Shown: piece by piece, positions 47,889 to 57,306 of the stretch | Layout: each line of letters begins with the position of its first letter | Numbering within the stretch: position 1 is the stretch's first letter | IMG/VR virus record: IMGVR_UViG_3300022879_000002 | Coordinates: 1-64,000 of that record | DNA from: a virus | Length of the DNA: 64,000 bases | Direction: 5' to 3' (one strand) | Made by a program: the position numbers and the translations under genes | Notes under the pieces: model-generated | The model's database searches: none | What the model was told of the DNA's origin: nothing | Seen by the model: only the letters and a program-made list of their open reading frames with translations

Positions 47889-48353
47889 TTAATCTTCTCC
47901 CCATTGAGAAACACCAACTAAAAATGCTCTGGCTCTTAAGATTTCACTATTGTATTTCTCTTCATTAAAGTCTTCATCTGAAAAAACATCAAAAATTATT
48001 TCCTCAGCATCAACTATATAATCAGGAGAAAGGCTATTTAATACCTTATATTGATTTGGTTCTCCTTTTAAATTGTAATCATCCACTTTTAATAAATTTT
48101 TTGGAACATTTAAAGTAAAAATTACACCCTCAGTTTCAATCATAGGAAATTCAATTTCACCCGCATCTAATGATTTTTTCTCTTCATATAGTAATCCACC
48201 TGTCCAAATAAAAGCATATTCTTTTGCCTTTTCATAGTCTGTAGTAACATATACATGTTTTCTATGCCGTTGTGCAACTAACCCTTCTTGCTCAATTTTT
48301 TCCCAATAATGAGAAGATGTACCGTGATATACAGTAATCATTTCCATACACAT
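47889..48353 (-). CDS. ADP-ribosyltransferase-fold protein (KptA/Tpt1 C-terminal-like)
   Basis: VYHGTS...I..EGL...VYVTTD...A.EYA. Confidence 0.65.
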   Translation of the reverse strand: MCMEMITVYHGTSSHYWEKIEQEGLVAQRHRKHVYVTTDYEKAKEYAFIWTGGLLYEEKKSLDAGEIEFPMIETEGVIFTLNVPKNLLKVDDYNLKGEPNQYKVLNSLSPDYIVDAEEIIFDVFSDEDFNEEKYNSEILRARAFLVGVSQWGED

Positions 48354-48392
48354 ACCCTCCTAGAATTTAGTAATGTTTGATTTCTTATCCTA

Positions 48393-48438
48393 AGTATAAT
48401 TAAATAAATAAATAAAATCAAGTATTAATTATGTATTT
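48393..48438 (-). promoter_or_regulatory. Promoter TTGATT-17-TATACT with upstream box
   Basis: -10 at 48393-98, -35 at 48416-21, box at 48429. Confidence 0.7.
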
Positions 48439-48483
48439 ATTTAATTAGTTCACAAAAAAGTGAATGAGATCATTAAACCTCTT

Positions 48484-48852
48484 TCACTTTTCATTTGTGA
48501 TTTCCCATATTCGTCTTAGTTTGTCTAAGTCTCTTTCATTTAAATTTAAAAGTTCATCATACCAAGTTTGTAATTTTTCATTACTAAACTTACGTTTCTT
48601 TATATGTTCTGACTTTATTTCTTCTGTTTCTATATAGCCTGCTTTAACCATGAGTTCTTCATAACCATAATTATAGGCTTCAGCAATCATTTTTAATGTT
48701 TCTGGAGACGGTTTTACGATACTTCCAGAGCGTTTATCAACACCTTTTTCAAGCGTGTCTAAATATGTATGACTAATTCCAATACGCTTACTAGCATCAC
48801 GTAATGATTCTTTACCTCTAAGCTCTTTTAATAAATTGCCTAATGTATTCAA
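48484..48852 (-). CDS. XRE-family HTH regulator
   Basis: SLRDASKRIGISHTYLDTLEKG...PSPETL..IAEAY; TTG start after RBS GGAGG. Confidence 0.9.
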   Translation of the reverse strand: MNTLGNLLKELRGKESLRDASKRIGISHTYLDTLEKGVDKRSGSIVKPSPETLKMIAEAYNYGYEELMVKAGYIETEEIKSEHIKKRKFSNEKLQTWYDELLNLNERDLDKLRRIWEITNEK

Positions 48853-49019
48853 ATGAATACCTCCTGTAAACATGTGATTACAAATAGTGTATCAGAGAAT
48901 TTTATAAAAGGGAAATATTATCTAATACTATAATAAACCTCTTCAGGAAAATTTTAATAGATTATTATTTTTTATTTGATATACTTACAATGTAACTATT
49001 TACTAGGAGGATTTAGGTA

Positions 49020-49604
49020 ATGCACAGTAAGTTTTGGACTATATTCTTTTTAATTATCTTCTTTCCAATAGGTTTATTTTTAATGTGGCGTTACGGGCAT
49101 TTTAATAAACAAGTACGAGTATTAATATCAATATTTTTCTTAATCATTTTCTTACTTGCTTCCTGTATTGGTGGATCAAATACGGTAAAGGAAGAGGAGC
49201 TACTTAAGAAAGAGCAACAATTAGAAGAAAAAGAAAACAAATTGATTAAATTAGAAAATGATTTAAAAGTAAGAGAAAAAGGTATTGATCAGAAAATTAA
49301 AGATTATGAGAAGGAAATTGAAGAGCAAAAAAGTTTGGAAGAACAAAAGAAATTAGAAGAACAAGAAAATGAACGTAAAAAGCAAGAAGAAATAAAGCAA
49401 CAAGAAGAGCAAAAAAAGCTTGAAGAAGCACAAAAACAAGAAGCTTCTCAACAGACAACTACAACAACTGCACCTCAGCAAAGCTTAAATTTCAGAAATT
49501 GTAAAGAAGCTAGAGCAGCAGGTTATTCAAACATTAGAAGAGGAGAACCTGGTTACTCATCTAGACTTGATAGAGATGGTGATGGATTAGCTTGCGACAA
49601 ATAA
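49020..49604 (+). CDS. Membrane-anchored Excalibur calcium-binding domain protein
   Basis: 2 TM, coiled coil, FRNCKEARAAG...RGEPGYSSRLDRDGDGLACD. Confidence 0.9.
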   Translation: MHSKFWTIFFLIIFFPIGLFLMWRYGHFNKQVRVLISIFFLIIFLLASCIGGSNTVKEEELLKKEQQLEEKENKLIKLENDLKVREKGIDQKIKDYEKEIEEQKSLEEQKKLEEQENERKKQEEIKQQEEQKKLEEAQKQEASQQTTTTTAPQQSLNFRNCKEARAAGYSNIRRGEPGYSSRLDRDGDGLACDK

Positions 49605-49610
49605 TAAAAG

Positions 49611-49640
49611 AAAGTCACTATTTTAAATGAGTGACTTTTT
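49611..49640. terminator. Bidirectional terminator
   Basis: AAAGTCACT...AGTGACTTT between convergent genes. Confidence 0.75.
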
Positions 49641-49652
49641 ATATACAGTAGA

Positions 49653-50558
49653 TTATAGAGTACTTTTTTCTGGAACTTTATCAAAATTAAACCCTTTAAA
49701 TGACACAATTCTTAATGATCCAGTATTAGTTTTTTCTAGGTATTGAACTTTACAATGTAAACTTGGTTCTACCCAAACAGTACCGCGTTCTACTTTAGTT
49801 GTTATTTGTTTTGCAATTTCTCTGAATGCTGTTTTTTCTTCAGGTTTAAATCCAAATTCTACACTTGCAACAGGTCTATATTTACCATTGGATGTTTGAG
49901 TACCAACAATCATGGTGAAAGGATTTTCTTTATATCCTAATATAACAACATCTATAAACTTAAAATGTTTGAACTTAAGCCAATCATGTGAACGATGGTT
50001 CGTTCTATATAAGGAGTTTCTTTGTTTGCCTACAATACCTTCCATGCCTTTTTCTTTTATTATCTCGAAGACATTACTCCCATTCCCTACAACTGAAGGT
50101 GTAATTAATAAATTATTTGACGGCTCAACTATCGAATTTAATATGTCTTTACGTTCTATCAATGGTTTATTCATAATATTTTTATCAGTAGCTAAAACAT
50201 CAAAAGCAATGAATGTTGCAGGATGCGTTAAAGTAGCATGATCAATCTTAACTTTATTTGAAAGCCTACCTCTATAATTAAAGTCATCAAATACTGATAC
50301 ACCATTTCTCAAAACAACGCCTTCACAATCAATAATTGCTGTATTTTCCTTAATCGACTGACCAATTGACTGCAGCTCAGGGAATTTAGAAGTAACATTA
50401 TTTCCATGACGTGTATATGCCTCTACTCTATTCCCTTCTTTATGCAAGAGGATGCGCCAACCATCCCATTTTATATCGTAAATCCATTCTGGATCATCTA
50501 TTATTTCATCATTGTTACCCATAGAGAGTAACATAGGTTTTATTGGAGTAAACAACAT
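49653..50558 (-). CDS. ATP-dependent DNA ligase
   Basis: YDIKWDGWR, IIDCEGV, FIAFDVL, EGIVGK, WLKFK. Confidence 0.92.
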   Translation of the reverse strand: MLFTPIKPMLLSMGNNDEIIDDPEWIYDIKWDGWRILLHKEGNRVEAYTRHGNNVTSKFPELQSIGQSIKENTAIIDCEGVVLRNGVSVFDDFNYRGRLSNKVKIDHATLTHPATFIAFDVLATDKNIMNKPLIERKDILNSIVEPSNNLLITPSVVGNGSNVFEIIKEKGMEGIVGKQRNSLYRTNHRSHDWLKFKHFKFIDVVILGYKENPFTMIVGTQTSNGKYRPVASVEFGFKPEEKTAFREIAKQITTKVERGTVWVEPSLHCKVQYLEKTNTGSLRIVSFKGFNFDKVPEKSTL

Positions 50559-50634
50559 CTGTATCCCTCCCTATAAACCATTATCTCATGGTAAACAAGA
50601 CAAAAATACATGTAAATCAAGGGATTGGTGGTAA

Positions 50635-50988
50635 TTACAATTTCATTTTCTCTTTCATATGATCATTCAGCAGGTTTTCCACTTTTGATTTTAGTGCTTG
50701 ATTAGCATACCTTAACTCTACATCGTTTCCTGCTGTAGCAATCTGCACATCACTAAAGTTTTCATCTATCTTAGTCCATCCAACTATTCGTATTTTTTGC
50801 TGTGCAAGCTGTCGTTTCAGATTAAAACATTCATTGCGTAAATCCTTTAAGAATAAATCCATTAATGGGAGAAATACATTCTTCAACTTAAATTGTTCTG
50901 TCTTTAGATAATCAACTTGCAACGATTTAACAGCTAAGTCTAACAATAAATATTTATGTACAAGCTGTCGTTGCTCTGGATTAATCAT
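50635..50988 (-). CDS. Hypothetical protein of the yolD-ligase cassette
   Basis: Overlaps yolD stop. Confidence 0.75.
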   Translation of the reverse strand: MINPEQRQLVHKYLLLDLAVKSLQVDYLKTEQFKLKNVFLPLMDLFLKDLRNECFNLKRQLAQQKIRIVGWTKIDENFSDVQIATAGNDVELRYANQALKSKVENLLNDHMKEKMKL

Positions 50989-51319
50989 CTATATTTACCA
51001 TCGATGCTTTTTGTATCTGATCAAATGTAATACGTTTGATTGAAATATCTATATCCAAGAGTAATTCCTTATGAAAAGCATTAATAGCAGTAATCATTCC
51101 TACAACATCATGTAATTTATTGTCACTCCACAAAGTTATTTTGACTTCTTCATGTAGTTTATAAGCTCTCTGTACTATTTGTTCAATCTCTTCCATTTCC
51201 CATTCAGTCAATTCACGTTTTTTATCATGAAATTGTTCCTGTTTCCATTTTCTAATTTCAACTAAATGCTCAGGTAGCATCATTGCTGTCCATTTCATAC
51301 TTCCACGGTCATTAAACAT
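50981..51319 (-). CDS. YolD-like protein
   Basis: DRGSMKWTAMMLPEH; start moved to ATG 51319. Confidence 0.9.
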   Translation of the reverse strand: MFNDRGSMKWTAMMLPEHLVEIRKWKQEQFHDKKRELTEWEMEEIEQIVQRAYKLHEEVKITLWSDNKLHDVVGMITAINAFHKELLLDIDISIKRITFDQIQKASMVNIDD

Positions 51320-51342
51320 AATCTCACTCCTTACATAAAATA

Positions 51343-51379
51343 AGAACATTCGTTTTATTTATTATAGAACATTAGTTCT
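51343..51379. promoter_or_regulatory. Two LexA (Cheo) boxes upstream of yolD
   Basis: GAAC-ATTC-GTTT at 51344-55 and GAAC-ATTA-GTTC at 51367-78. Confidence 0.85.
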
Positions 51380-51430
51380 TATTTATGCAATAAAAAAGAT
51401 CAAATATATTCAATAAAAGATAACTATTAT

Positions 51431-51769
51431 TTAACGCTTCATCGAAATACTTGTACCTGCTTTTACATCTCCATCAATATTTCCGCAGCTAACTGAAGTT
51501 CCTGCTTTAACTGAACCTTTAATATTCTGACATGTGATAGATGTACCACTTTTAACATCACCTAATACATCACCTTTAATTGTAGCTGAAGAGCCTGTTT
51601 CTAATTTATTGATATTTCCATCTACAATAATATGCACATCTCCTGATAATTCACCTGTCTCAATTACATCCCCATCAACATATATTTTATTATTTATTAC
51701 TGAAATATTATTGCCTTTTACATTTACTGTCTTACCGTTAATTGTTACTGAATTAAATGATCTAAACAT
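51431..51769 (-). CDS. Small beta-repeat protein
   Basis: Repeats of G(D/S)VK(S/A)GTS(I/V)xC. Confidence 0.75.
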   Translation of the reverse strand: MFRSFNSVTINGKTVNVKGNNISVINNKIYVDGDVIETGELSGDVHIIVDGNINKLETGSSATIKGDVLGDVKSGTSITCQNIKGSVKAGTSVSCGNIDGDVKAGTSISMKR

Positions 51770-51840
51770 GATTCCATCTCCTTATTATATGTAATTTATT
51801 GATTATGTATTTTTATTAATATTCTCATTTTATATAATTG

Positions 51841-51915
51841 AGTGACCTAACAGTGTACAACATTCACATGCTTGGGTGTTTCTCGTAATGAGAGCAGGGT
51901 TACTGGTTTGTCACT
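51841..51915 (+). ncRNA. Candidate three-way-junction structured RNA
   Basis: AGTGAC/GTCACT closing stem; hairpins 51859-80 and 51881-93; GU pairs favour the plus strand; TATAAT at 51833. Confidence 0.45.
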
Positions 51916-51957
51916 TCTCCTACTACTAACCCTTTTTGGGATAATCATTCTATGTAA

Positions 51958-52188
51958 TTAAAATCTCTTCGCTACCCATGTTGATACTTTAGAGATAAAA
52001 GGATCATATATGTATTTGTCTAATCCAAACATTATTTCCTCTATGTTATATGCTAGCCACCTTAGAATAAATAAAGGGAATGTAATTGGTAACATAATAA
52101 TTCTCATACTATTATCAACAATACCTTTTACTTTCATTTGCTTTTTCGAACCAATAAAATGATTTATCATCCCTTCAGCTCCTTTCAT
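51958..52188 (-). CDS. Small membrane protein
   Basis: Hydrophobic segment. Confidence 0.6.
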   Translation of the reverse strand: MKGAEGMINHFIGSKKQMKVKGIVDNSMRIIMLPITFPLFILRWLAYNIEEIMFGLDKYIYDPFISKVSTWVAKRF

Positions 52189-52451
52189 AATAGGCTCGTT
52201 TTATCAAAATTGATTATCATTTCATCCATTTCGATTTTCATACCTTCCAGATAGATTGTTTTGTTATCTTCATCAATATTAATAAAATCAGAATATCTAG
52301 TAATAGTTTCTCCATCTTCAGTCTTAAATTCAATCTTATACTTTTTCTTTGGTACTTGCTCAATACTGCTAGTTAGAAGTGGCTTTCCCATTAATAACAC
52401 CTCATTTGTTTCACTATCTACTAATAATGCTTCTCCTGTATCTAATCCCAC
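52185..52451 (-). CDS. Hypothetical protein
   Basis: ORF track. Confidence 0.65.
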   Translation of the reverse strand: MGLDTGEALLVDSETNEVLLMGKPLLTSSIEQVPKKKYKIEFKTEDGETITRYSDFINIDEDNKTIYLEGMKIEMDEMIINFDKTSLL

Positions 52452-52466
52452 TATGTCAAAACTCCT

Positions 52467-52841
52467 TTATTTAATTAATTTGTTCCATAATTTATCATAT
52501 AAATAGTCATCATCCACGTATCTCAATATGTATAATATTATCCTTTGTTTCAATCTATCGATGAATGAATATCTTATGTCTGTTGACAATTCTTCATCTT
52601 TTATATTTTTTTCAATTTTATTTATATAAGTCGTGTATAGTTCAAATTCTGTATTTTCTTTACTTCCATACAGCTCTAAAACCTTGTTCTCTATTTTCTC
52701 ACTAATTAATTTTTCTATCCTATTTTTCGCAGCACTTGACGCATCCAACGAAAGTAATTCAATTCTTTTAGAAAGTTCCTCGTTTTTCATTCTTATCTTT
52801 TCTAACCTATTATTCAATTCATCATAATAAGCCATTTTCAC
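52467..52841 (-). CDS. Hypothetical coiled-coil protein
   Basis: ORF track. Confidence 0.65.
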   Translation of the reverse strand: MKMAYYDELNNRLEKIRMKNEELSKRIELLSLDASSAAKNRIEKLISEKIENKVLELYGSKENTEFELYTTYINKIEKNIKDEELSTDIRYSFIDRLKQRIILYILRYVDDDYLYDKLWNKLIK

Positions 52842-52882
52842 ACCTTCTAATTTTTTATAATACTTTGTTTTTATTTAATTCT

Positions 52883-53386
52883 TTATGTAATTTCTAATGT
52901 TTTTGGATGAAGCGTTATGATAGGTTTACTTTTACTTTGTGCATATTTTACACAGTTTCCTGTACCACCTTTGGTTCCGTCCCATATGGCTATTATGTAA
53001 TTTGAATTATCTACCATATACTCATTACGCTTCTGCATACACCAACTTGTATAAGGTTCTTTCGATACATATACAACTTCATCTGCTTTCGCAATAATAG
53101 CGTACCATTCATCTATATTCGGTTGAAACCATTTAGAATAATGTTTATCACATGGTACAGCGCAAACCAATTTAATGTTAGGATATTTTTCTTTTAGTTT
53201 GAGTACAATCCTAGCTGACCACATATCAATTCCTAAAGCCATTCCACTAATGAATGTATGTACTTCTTTATTCTCAATATGATCAATAATTACGTCTCTC
53301 AGTTTAAATAGTAATTCAGAATTGTCTTTTGGATTGTAACCATTTAATTTGTTTGGTCTATGTCCAGTGAAGCAAGCTGTTTTCAA
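52883..53386 (-). CDS. SLOG-superfamily protein (YspA/YoqJ, DUF1273-like)
   Basis: CFTGHRP, ISGMALGID, MQKRNEYMVD, WDGTKGGT.NCV. Confidence 0.9.
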   Translation of the reverse strand: MKTACFTGHRPNKLNGYNPKDNSELLFKLRDVIIDHIENKEVHTFISGMALGIDMWSARIVLKLKEKYPNIKLVCAVPCDKHYSKWFQPNIDEWYAIIAKADEVVYVSKEPYTSWCMQKRNEYMVDNSNYIIAIWDGTKGGTGNCVKYAQSKSKPIITLHPKTLEIT

Positions 53387-53409
53387 AATAAATTAACTCC
53401 CTTCTATTA

Positions 53410-53670
53410 TTAAACACTTATCTTATACAAATATTGTTTAGCTATTACATTATTAAGAAAATCCTCAGCACCATCCCACCATGTTTTATAATCATCTACT
53501 AATGACAAATAAAACATCAAAGATTCTTGATCGAATCTTACTACTTTAACCATCCTTCCAGAATCATCGATAATATACTTGTTCCCAACTATACTTTGAT
53601 AGTATTCGTTATTTTGATTAATCATTTCTTTAATTTGTTCAATCCTATTCACAGTGTTAATCCAATTCAT
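53410..53670 (-). CDS. Hypothetical protein
   Basis: ORF track. Confidence 0.65.
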   Translation of the reverse strand: MNWINTVNRIEQIKEMINQNNEYYQSIVGNKYIIDDSGRMVKVVRFDQESLMFYLSLVDDYKTWWDGAEDFLNNVIAKQYLYKISV

Positions 53671-53727
53671 ATTAAGCCTCCTATTAAGAATATCTCAACT
53701 CCCAATTTATGTAACTTTTAATATATG

Positions 53728-53883
53728 TTATTTATCATTATTTTTAACATCTTCAATTAATTTTGCTGTGTAAATATAGCCTTTTTTAATTCTTCTTTGT
53801 ACATCTGATACTTTTACAATTTGGTACTTTTCTAAAATAGCTTTAACAATCTCTATTTCTTGATATCTTGATAATTTTTCCAT
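53728..53883 (-). CDS. 51-aa stand-alone FtsK/SpoIIIE gamma-domain-like protein
   Basis: Manual: MEKLSRYQEIEIVKAILEKYQIVKVSDVQRRIKKGYIYTAKLIEDVKNNDK; RBS AAGGAG. Confidence 0.6.
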   Translation of the reverse strand: MEKLSRYQEIEIVKAILEKYQIVKVSDVQRRIKKGYIYTAKLIEDVKNNDK

Positions 53884-53921
53884 TTTAACATCTCCTTATT
53901 TTTAATAAAAATCCAATATTA

Positions 53922-54167
53922 TTAAAAGAACTCATCAAAACTCACTCTATTTACTTCTTTTATTTCTAAAGTAATTACTTCGCAATCATCAAATCTACCT
54001 TCGTTCCAATTTCTCTTTTCAGATTGTGCAATAGATGATTTCAATGCTCCTAAGTTGTTCCAAGCTTTACCTTTAGATGAGAACTGAGGATACCCTCCAC
54101 TCATACCTTTATAATAATCTCCTTTTGAATTTTTAATTTTATAAACCACTCCAGATTCCATTATCAC
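53922..54167 (-). CDS. Hypothetical protein
   Basis: ORF track. Confidence 0.7.
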   Translation of the reverse strand: MIMESGVVYKIKNSKGDYYKGMSGGYPQFSSKGKAWNNLGALKSSIAQSEKRNWNEGRFDDCEVITLEIKEVNRVSFDEFF

Positions 54168-54474
54168 TCACCCCATTATGTATTTTTAACAATAAATCTA
54201 TTTTATTCTTCAATATAAACGTGTGTATTTGTTTTCTCCATTCTTGTCCATCAATCGGAAATCCTTCTAATTTTTGATCATGATAGCCTCTATTTAGATA
54301 ATTATGAACAATGTCTTTTACTGCTTCTTCAATAATTTCTTCATTGGTGAAGTCTGAATCATATCCCCAATAACCACTTAACTGTTGTAGATTCTCGCTA
54401 TTATATTTACTCATATTTAGTGACACTTTAAATTCCTGTTCCACCATTACTGTAATTTCCTTCTTCAAACTCAT
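54139..54474 (-). CDS. Hypothetical protein
   Basis: Start moved to ATG 54474. Confidence 0.65.
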   Translation of the reverse strand: MSLKKEITVMVEQEFKVSLNMSKYNSENLQQLSGYWGYDSDFTNEEIIEEAVKDIVHNYLNRGYHDQKLEGFPIDGQEWRKQIHTFILKNKIDLLLKIHNGVSDNGIWSGL

Positions 54475-54592
54475 TCCTCCTTTCAATAATAACTCTCTTT
54501 TTTTTATTTATATACCAAAAATCTATTCATCTACTCTGAATATCATACTCAACAGTTTTTCTGATTTCTGTTTACTCAATACCTAAACTTGC

Positions 54593-54838
54593 CTAAATGT
54601 GAATATTCATCTCGATTTTTCTCCATATACCACTTTTTAAATTTTCCTCAACGTCACTTAAATTGTATTCTGAGTATTGTTTATTTATTTTTTCATCAAA
54701 CCAGAATACTTCCACTTTGTTTATTATTGATTTACGTTTTAGCTTTACATAAAAAATTTTATTATGAGGATAATTTGGGAACTCTTTTAAGACAAATGCA
54801 AAAGGTTTAAAATCTTTTGGCGGTGTTTCGAATATCAT
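54593..54838 (-). CDS. Hypothetical protein
   Basis: ORF track. Confidence 0.65.
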   Translation of the reverse strand: MIFETPPKDFKPFAFVLKEFPNYPHNKIFYVKLKRKSIINKVEVFWFDEKINKQYSEYNLSDVEENLKSGIWRKIEMNIHI

Positions 54839-54875
54839 TTAATCCCTCTTTCTGTAAAAGTTTAGTATTATTTAA

Positions 54876-55277
54876 TTACTTTAAGTATCCAATCTTTTTA
54901 GCATAATTAATTATCTCGTTTTGCACATCCTCTCCATGTCCCCAATCACCACTGTATAATCCTCCATAACCATTTACACCATTAGCGCTCTTGCCTGTTC
55001 TAATGAATATGCTGAAATCACAAACTAAAGCCCAAAGTGTACCGCCATGAGAGAATCCTTCATGAGAAAATCCACTGTATGCATAAACTTCTTTACTTGT
55101 GTAAGCATCTACAAAATATACTCTGTTGTTTTTGCACTTCATGTAAGCCGTTTGTGGTTCTCCAGTTACCCTATTTCTCTCTTTATAGAAAAATCTACGA
55201 CCTCGTTCAGATATGTATTTTATTAAATTGTTAATTGTTTCTAGGCGTTTTTCTTTCTCCTCGCTCATACGACACAC
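54876..55277 (-). CDS. Conserved hypothetical phage protein
   Basis: GFSHGGTL..LV.DF. Confidence 0.75.
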   Translation of the reverse strand: MCRMSEEKEKRLETINNLIKYISERGRRFFYKERNRVTGEPQTAYMKCKNNRVYFVDAYTSKEVYAYSGFSHEGFSHGGTLWALVCDFSIFIRTGKSANGVNGYGGLYSGDWGHGEDVQNEIINYAKKIGYLK

Positions 55278-55316
55278 CCTTATTATGTATTTTGTTTTAT
55301 AAAAGCATGATATTAC

Positions 55317-55643
55317 TTAAACTGTGATCCAAATATTATGCTTATCACATAAGTCGTAGAATTGAGACAATCTATCATCAACTAATTCGGTAATCCCACT
55401 TAACCAACTCTCACCTTTTACATACTCTACAAGAGCTTCTTCTCCTGCGTGTGTATCAGATTCAATCGTGTAAAGTAAATCTTTAAATTCTTCATGATCA
55501 TAATCGTCTAACTTAAATAAATCTGGTTTATTTGAAATACGTTTAATTGTGCTTTCTAATTCTTGTAGAATTTTGAATGATTCTCCCTCACTAATTAATG
55601 CCCTTAAATGTTTGCCGTTTATTTTAGACTTCCACTCTCTCAT
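55317..55643 (-). CDS. Hypothetical protein
   Basis: ORF track. Confidence 0.7.
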   Translation of the reverse strand: MREWKSKINGKHLRALISEGESFKILQELESTIKRISNKPDLFKLDDYDHEEFKDLLYTIESDTHAGEEALVEYVKGESWLSGITELVDDRLSQFYDLCDKHNIWITV

Positions 55644-55680
55644 CTTTAATCACTCCTCAAAGTTTAATAATATATTGGTT

Positions 55681-55878
55681 TCATTTAATTACTTCTTTAT
55701 AAGCTTCGGCTAAATGTTGTTCCTGCCCTTCTGAATAAGTAGGATTGAACTCATTTGCAACTTGCTCCAATCTTACTGCAATATCAATTAGAAACTTAAT
55801 ATCGTCATCATTGATATCACGCATTAAATCATTATCAGATAATGCTTTTATGTATTTAATTCTTTCTTGTTCTTTCAT
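55681..55878 (-). CDS. Hypothetical protein
   Basis: ORF track. Confidence 0.65.
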   Translation of the reverse strand: MKEQERIKYIKALSDNDLMRDINDDDIKFLIDIAVRLEQVANEFNPTYSEGQEQHLAEAYKEVIK

Positions 55879-56008
55879 TTCGTATCACTCCTTATTTTAT
55901 CTACCTAAATATTACCACAACGACATTATAAATACAACTATAATTATGTATTTATTTAAATAAAAGACGTAAGAGTAAATTCTTACGCCTTAAATAGAAA
56001 TCAAAAAT

Positions 56009-56152
56009 CTAATCTTCATCAGTGTCCCATGAATTATTTTCTGCTTCAATTTGATCATCGTGGCATTCTTCACATTGTATAGCATCGTGCATATCGCTAG
56101 TACTTACGTCTTCTAAACAATCGAAACAATATGAGTCTTTGTCTTTATGCAT
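56009..56152 (-). CDS. 47-aa Zn-finger-like protein
   Basis: Manual: YCFDC...CEECH; RBS GGAGG. Confidence 0.6.
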   Translation of the reverse strand: MHKDKDSYCFDCLEDVSTSDMHDAIQCEECHDDQIEAENNSWDTDED

Positions 56153-56243
56153 ATAAACACCTCCAATAAAATAATATTATCACAAATTCATCAAATTAAA
56201 AATATTTCTCGTTTCTGTTCTTTATTTCCATAAAACGTGACTA

Positions 56244-57257
56244 TTATTGAATCATATTCATGTAACATGACTTAATTAACTCTGCTTTTTCTTCTGTATT
56301 AAATTCTGTAGACCCATCAATCAATTTTACAAAGTCCAAGTCTTTATTTTTACGATTTAATAGATATTCTTTTTGAATCTCTTTATTAAAATTCAATAAA
56401 TACAACTCAGAATATCTATTTTCTGAAATACCTTGCTTTAAACTTTTAGCAATATGCTCTTCCTTGAGGAGTTCAGGATACTTTTTGACAATTGATTTAT
56501 AGTTGATAGATCCATTTTTAGTAGGAGCTAATAGTTTCAATACTTTATTAGTAGAAATATCTTGATACTCAACTATTCTCATAAAATATGAAACATGTGA
56601 TGCTTCCTTATGTAATTTTTCTAATAATAAATTAAATAGTTCATCATCTTCTATCAATAACTTATTTTTAAGAAGCAATTGAAAAGGAATTTGCACATAA
56701 GACTCACTCTTAAATACTTTTTCTAAATCAAACTTATAATTACGATGCCTAGTAAAGTAGAAACCCATATTACCATCATAAATTTGACCGTTACATACGT
56801 ATAATTGTTGTGTGTTTTTTAGACATAATTTTAGTTGTTCTTTATTGTAGTGGCTAGGTAGAACTATGTCTTTTGCCCAAACTGGATAGTCTATATTAAA
56901 AATGTTGAATAGATTTATAATTTCATCTTTATTGTCAAAGTAACAACTGAGAATTTTAAACCACATTGGAATTTGTTCGCTGTCCATATCACTAAATGAA
57001 ATATCTCTAGGCTTATAATTTAAGTTACAAATAACTGCGCTCTCGATTGTGTCAATAGTTATGCTATTTGAGAATGATTTTATTGTTTCTAGTTGCTTCA
57101 AATTAGAAAGTAATTCATTATTTTCAGCTTTTAATTTTATATGATCTTCATTTAAATTTTCATAGTTCTTTTTCAAATTTTCATATTTATTGATATAACT
57201 CTCTATTTGAGCATTTACTTCCATTTGAATTGCATTTGTAATAATATCATTAACCAT
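56244..57257 (-). CDS. Hypothetical protein with N-terminal coiled coil
   Basis: 337-aa ORF, RBS GGAGG. Confidence 0.8.
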   Translation of the reverse strand: MVNDIITNAIQMEVNAQIESYINKYENLKKNYENLNEDHIKLKAENNELLSNLKQLETIKSFSNSITIDTIESAVICNLNYKPRDISFSDMDSEQIPMWFKILSCYFDNKDEIINLFNIFNIDYPVWAKDIVLPSHYNKEQLKLCLKNTQQLYVCNGQIYDGNMGFYFTRHRNYKFDLEKVFKSESYVQIPFQLLLKNKLLIEDDELFNLLLEKLHKEASHVSYFMRIVEYQDISTNKVLKLLAPTKNGSINYKSIVKKYPELLKEEHIAKSLKQGISENRYSELYLLNFNKEIQKEYLLNRKNKDLDFVKLIDGSTEFNTEEKAELIKSCYMNMIQ

Positions 57258-57306
57258 TATTATTCCTCCGTTTTATGTATTTTCATCTTTTAATAATAGA
57301 ATCATT

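Noticed and set aside
51920-51945. AACCCTTTTTGGGATAATC resembles part of the c-di-AMP (ydaO) riboswitch
   Set aside because: The rest of the consensus is missing
1666-55963. Numerous short plus-strand ORFs in the track (e.g. 1666, 2221, 3752, 5701, 6888, 16486, 24755, 39899, 49912)
   Set aside because: Antisense shadows of well-supported minus-strand genes; no RBS or motifs. Only 49020 and the manually found 31928 ORF are accepted on the plus strand
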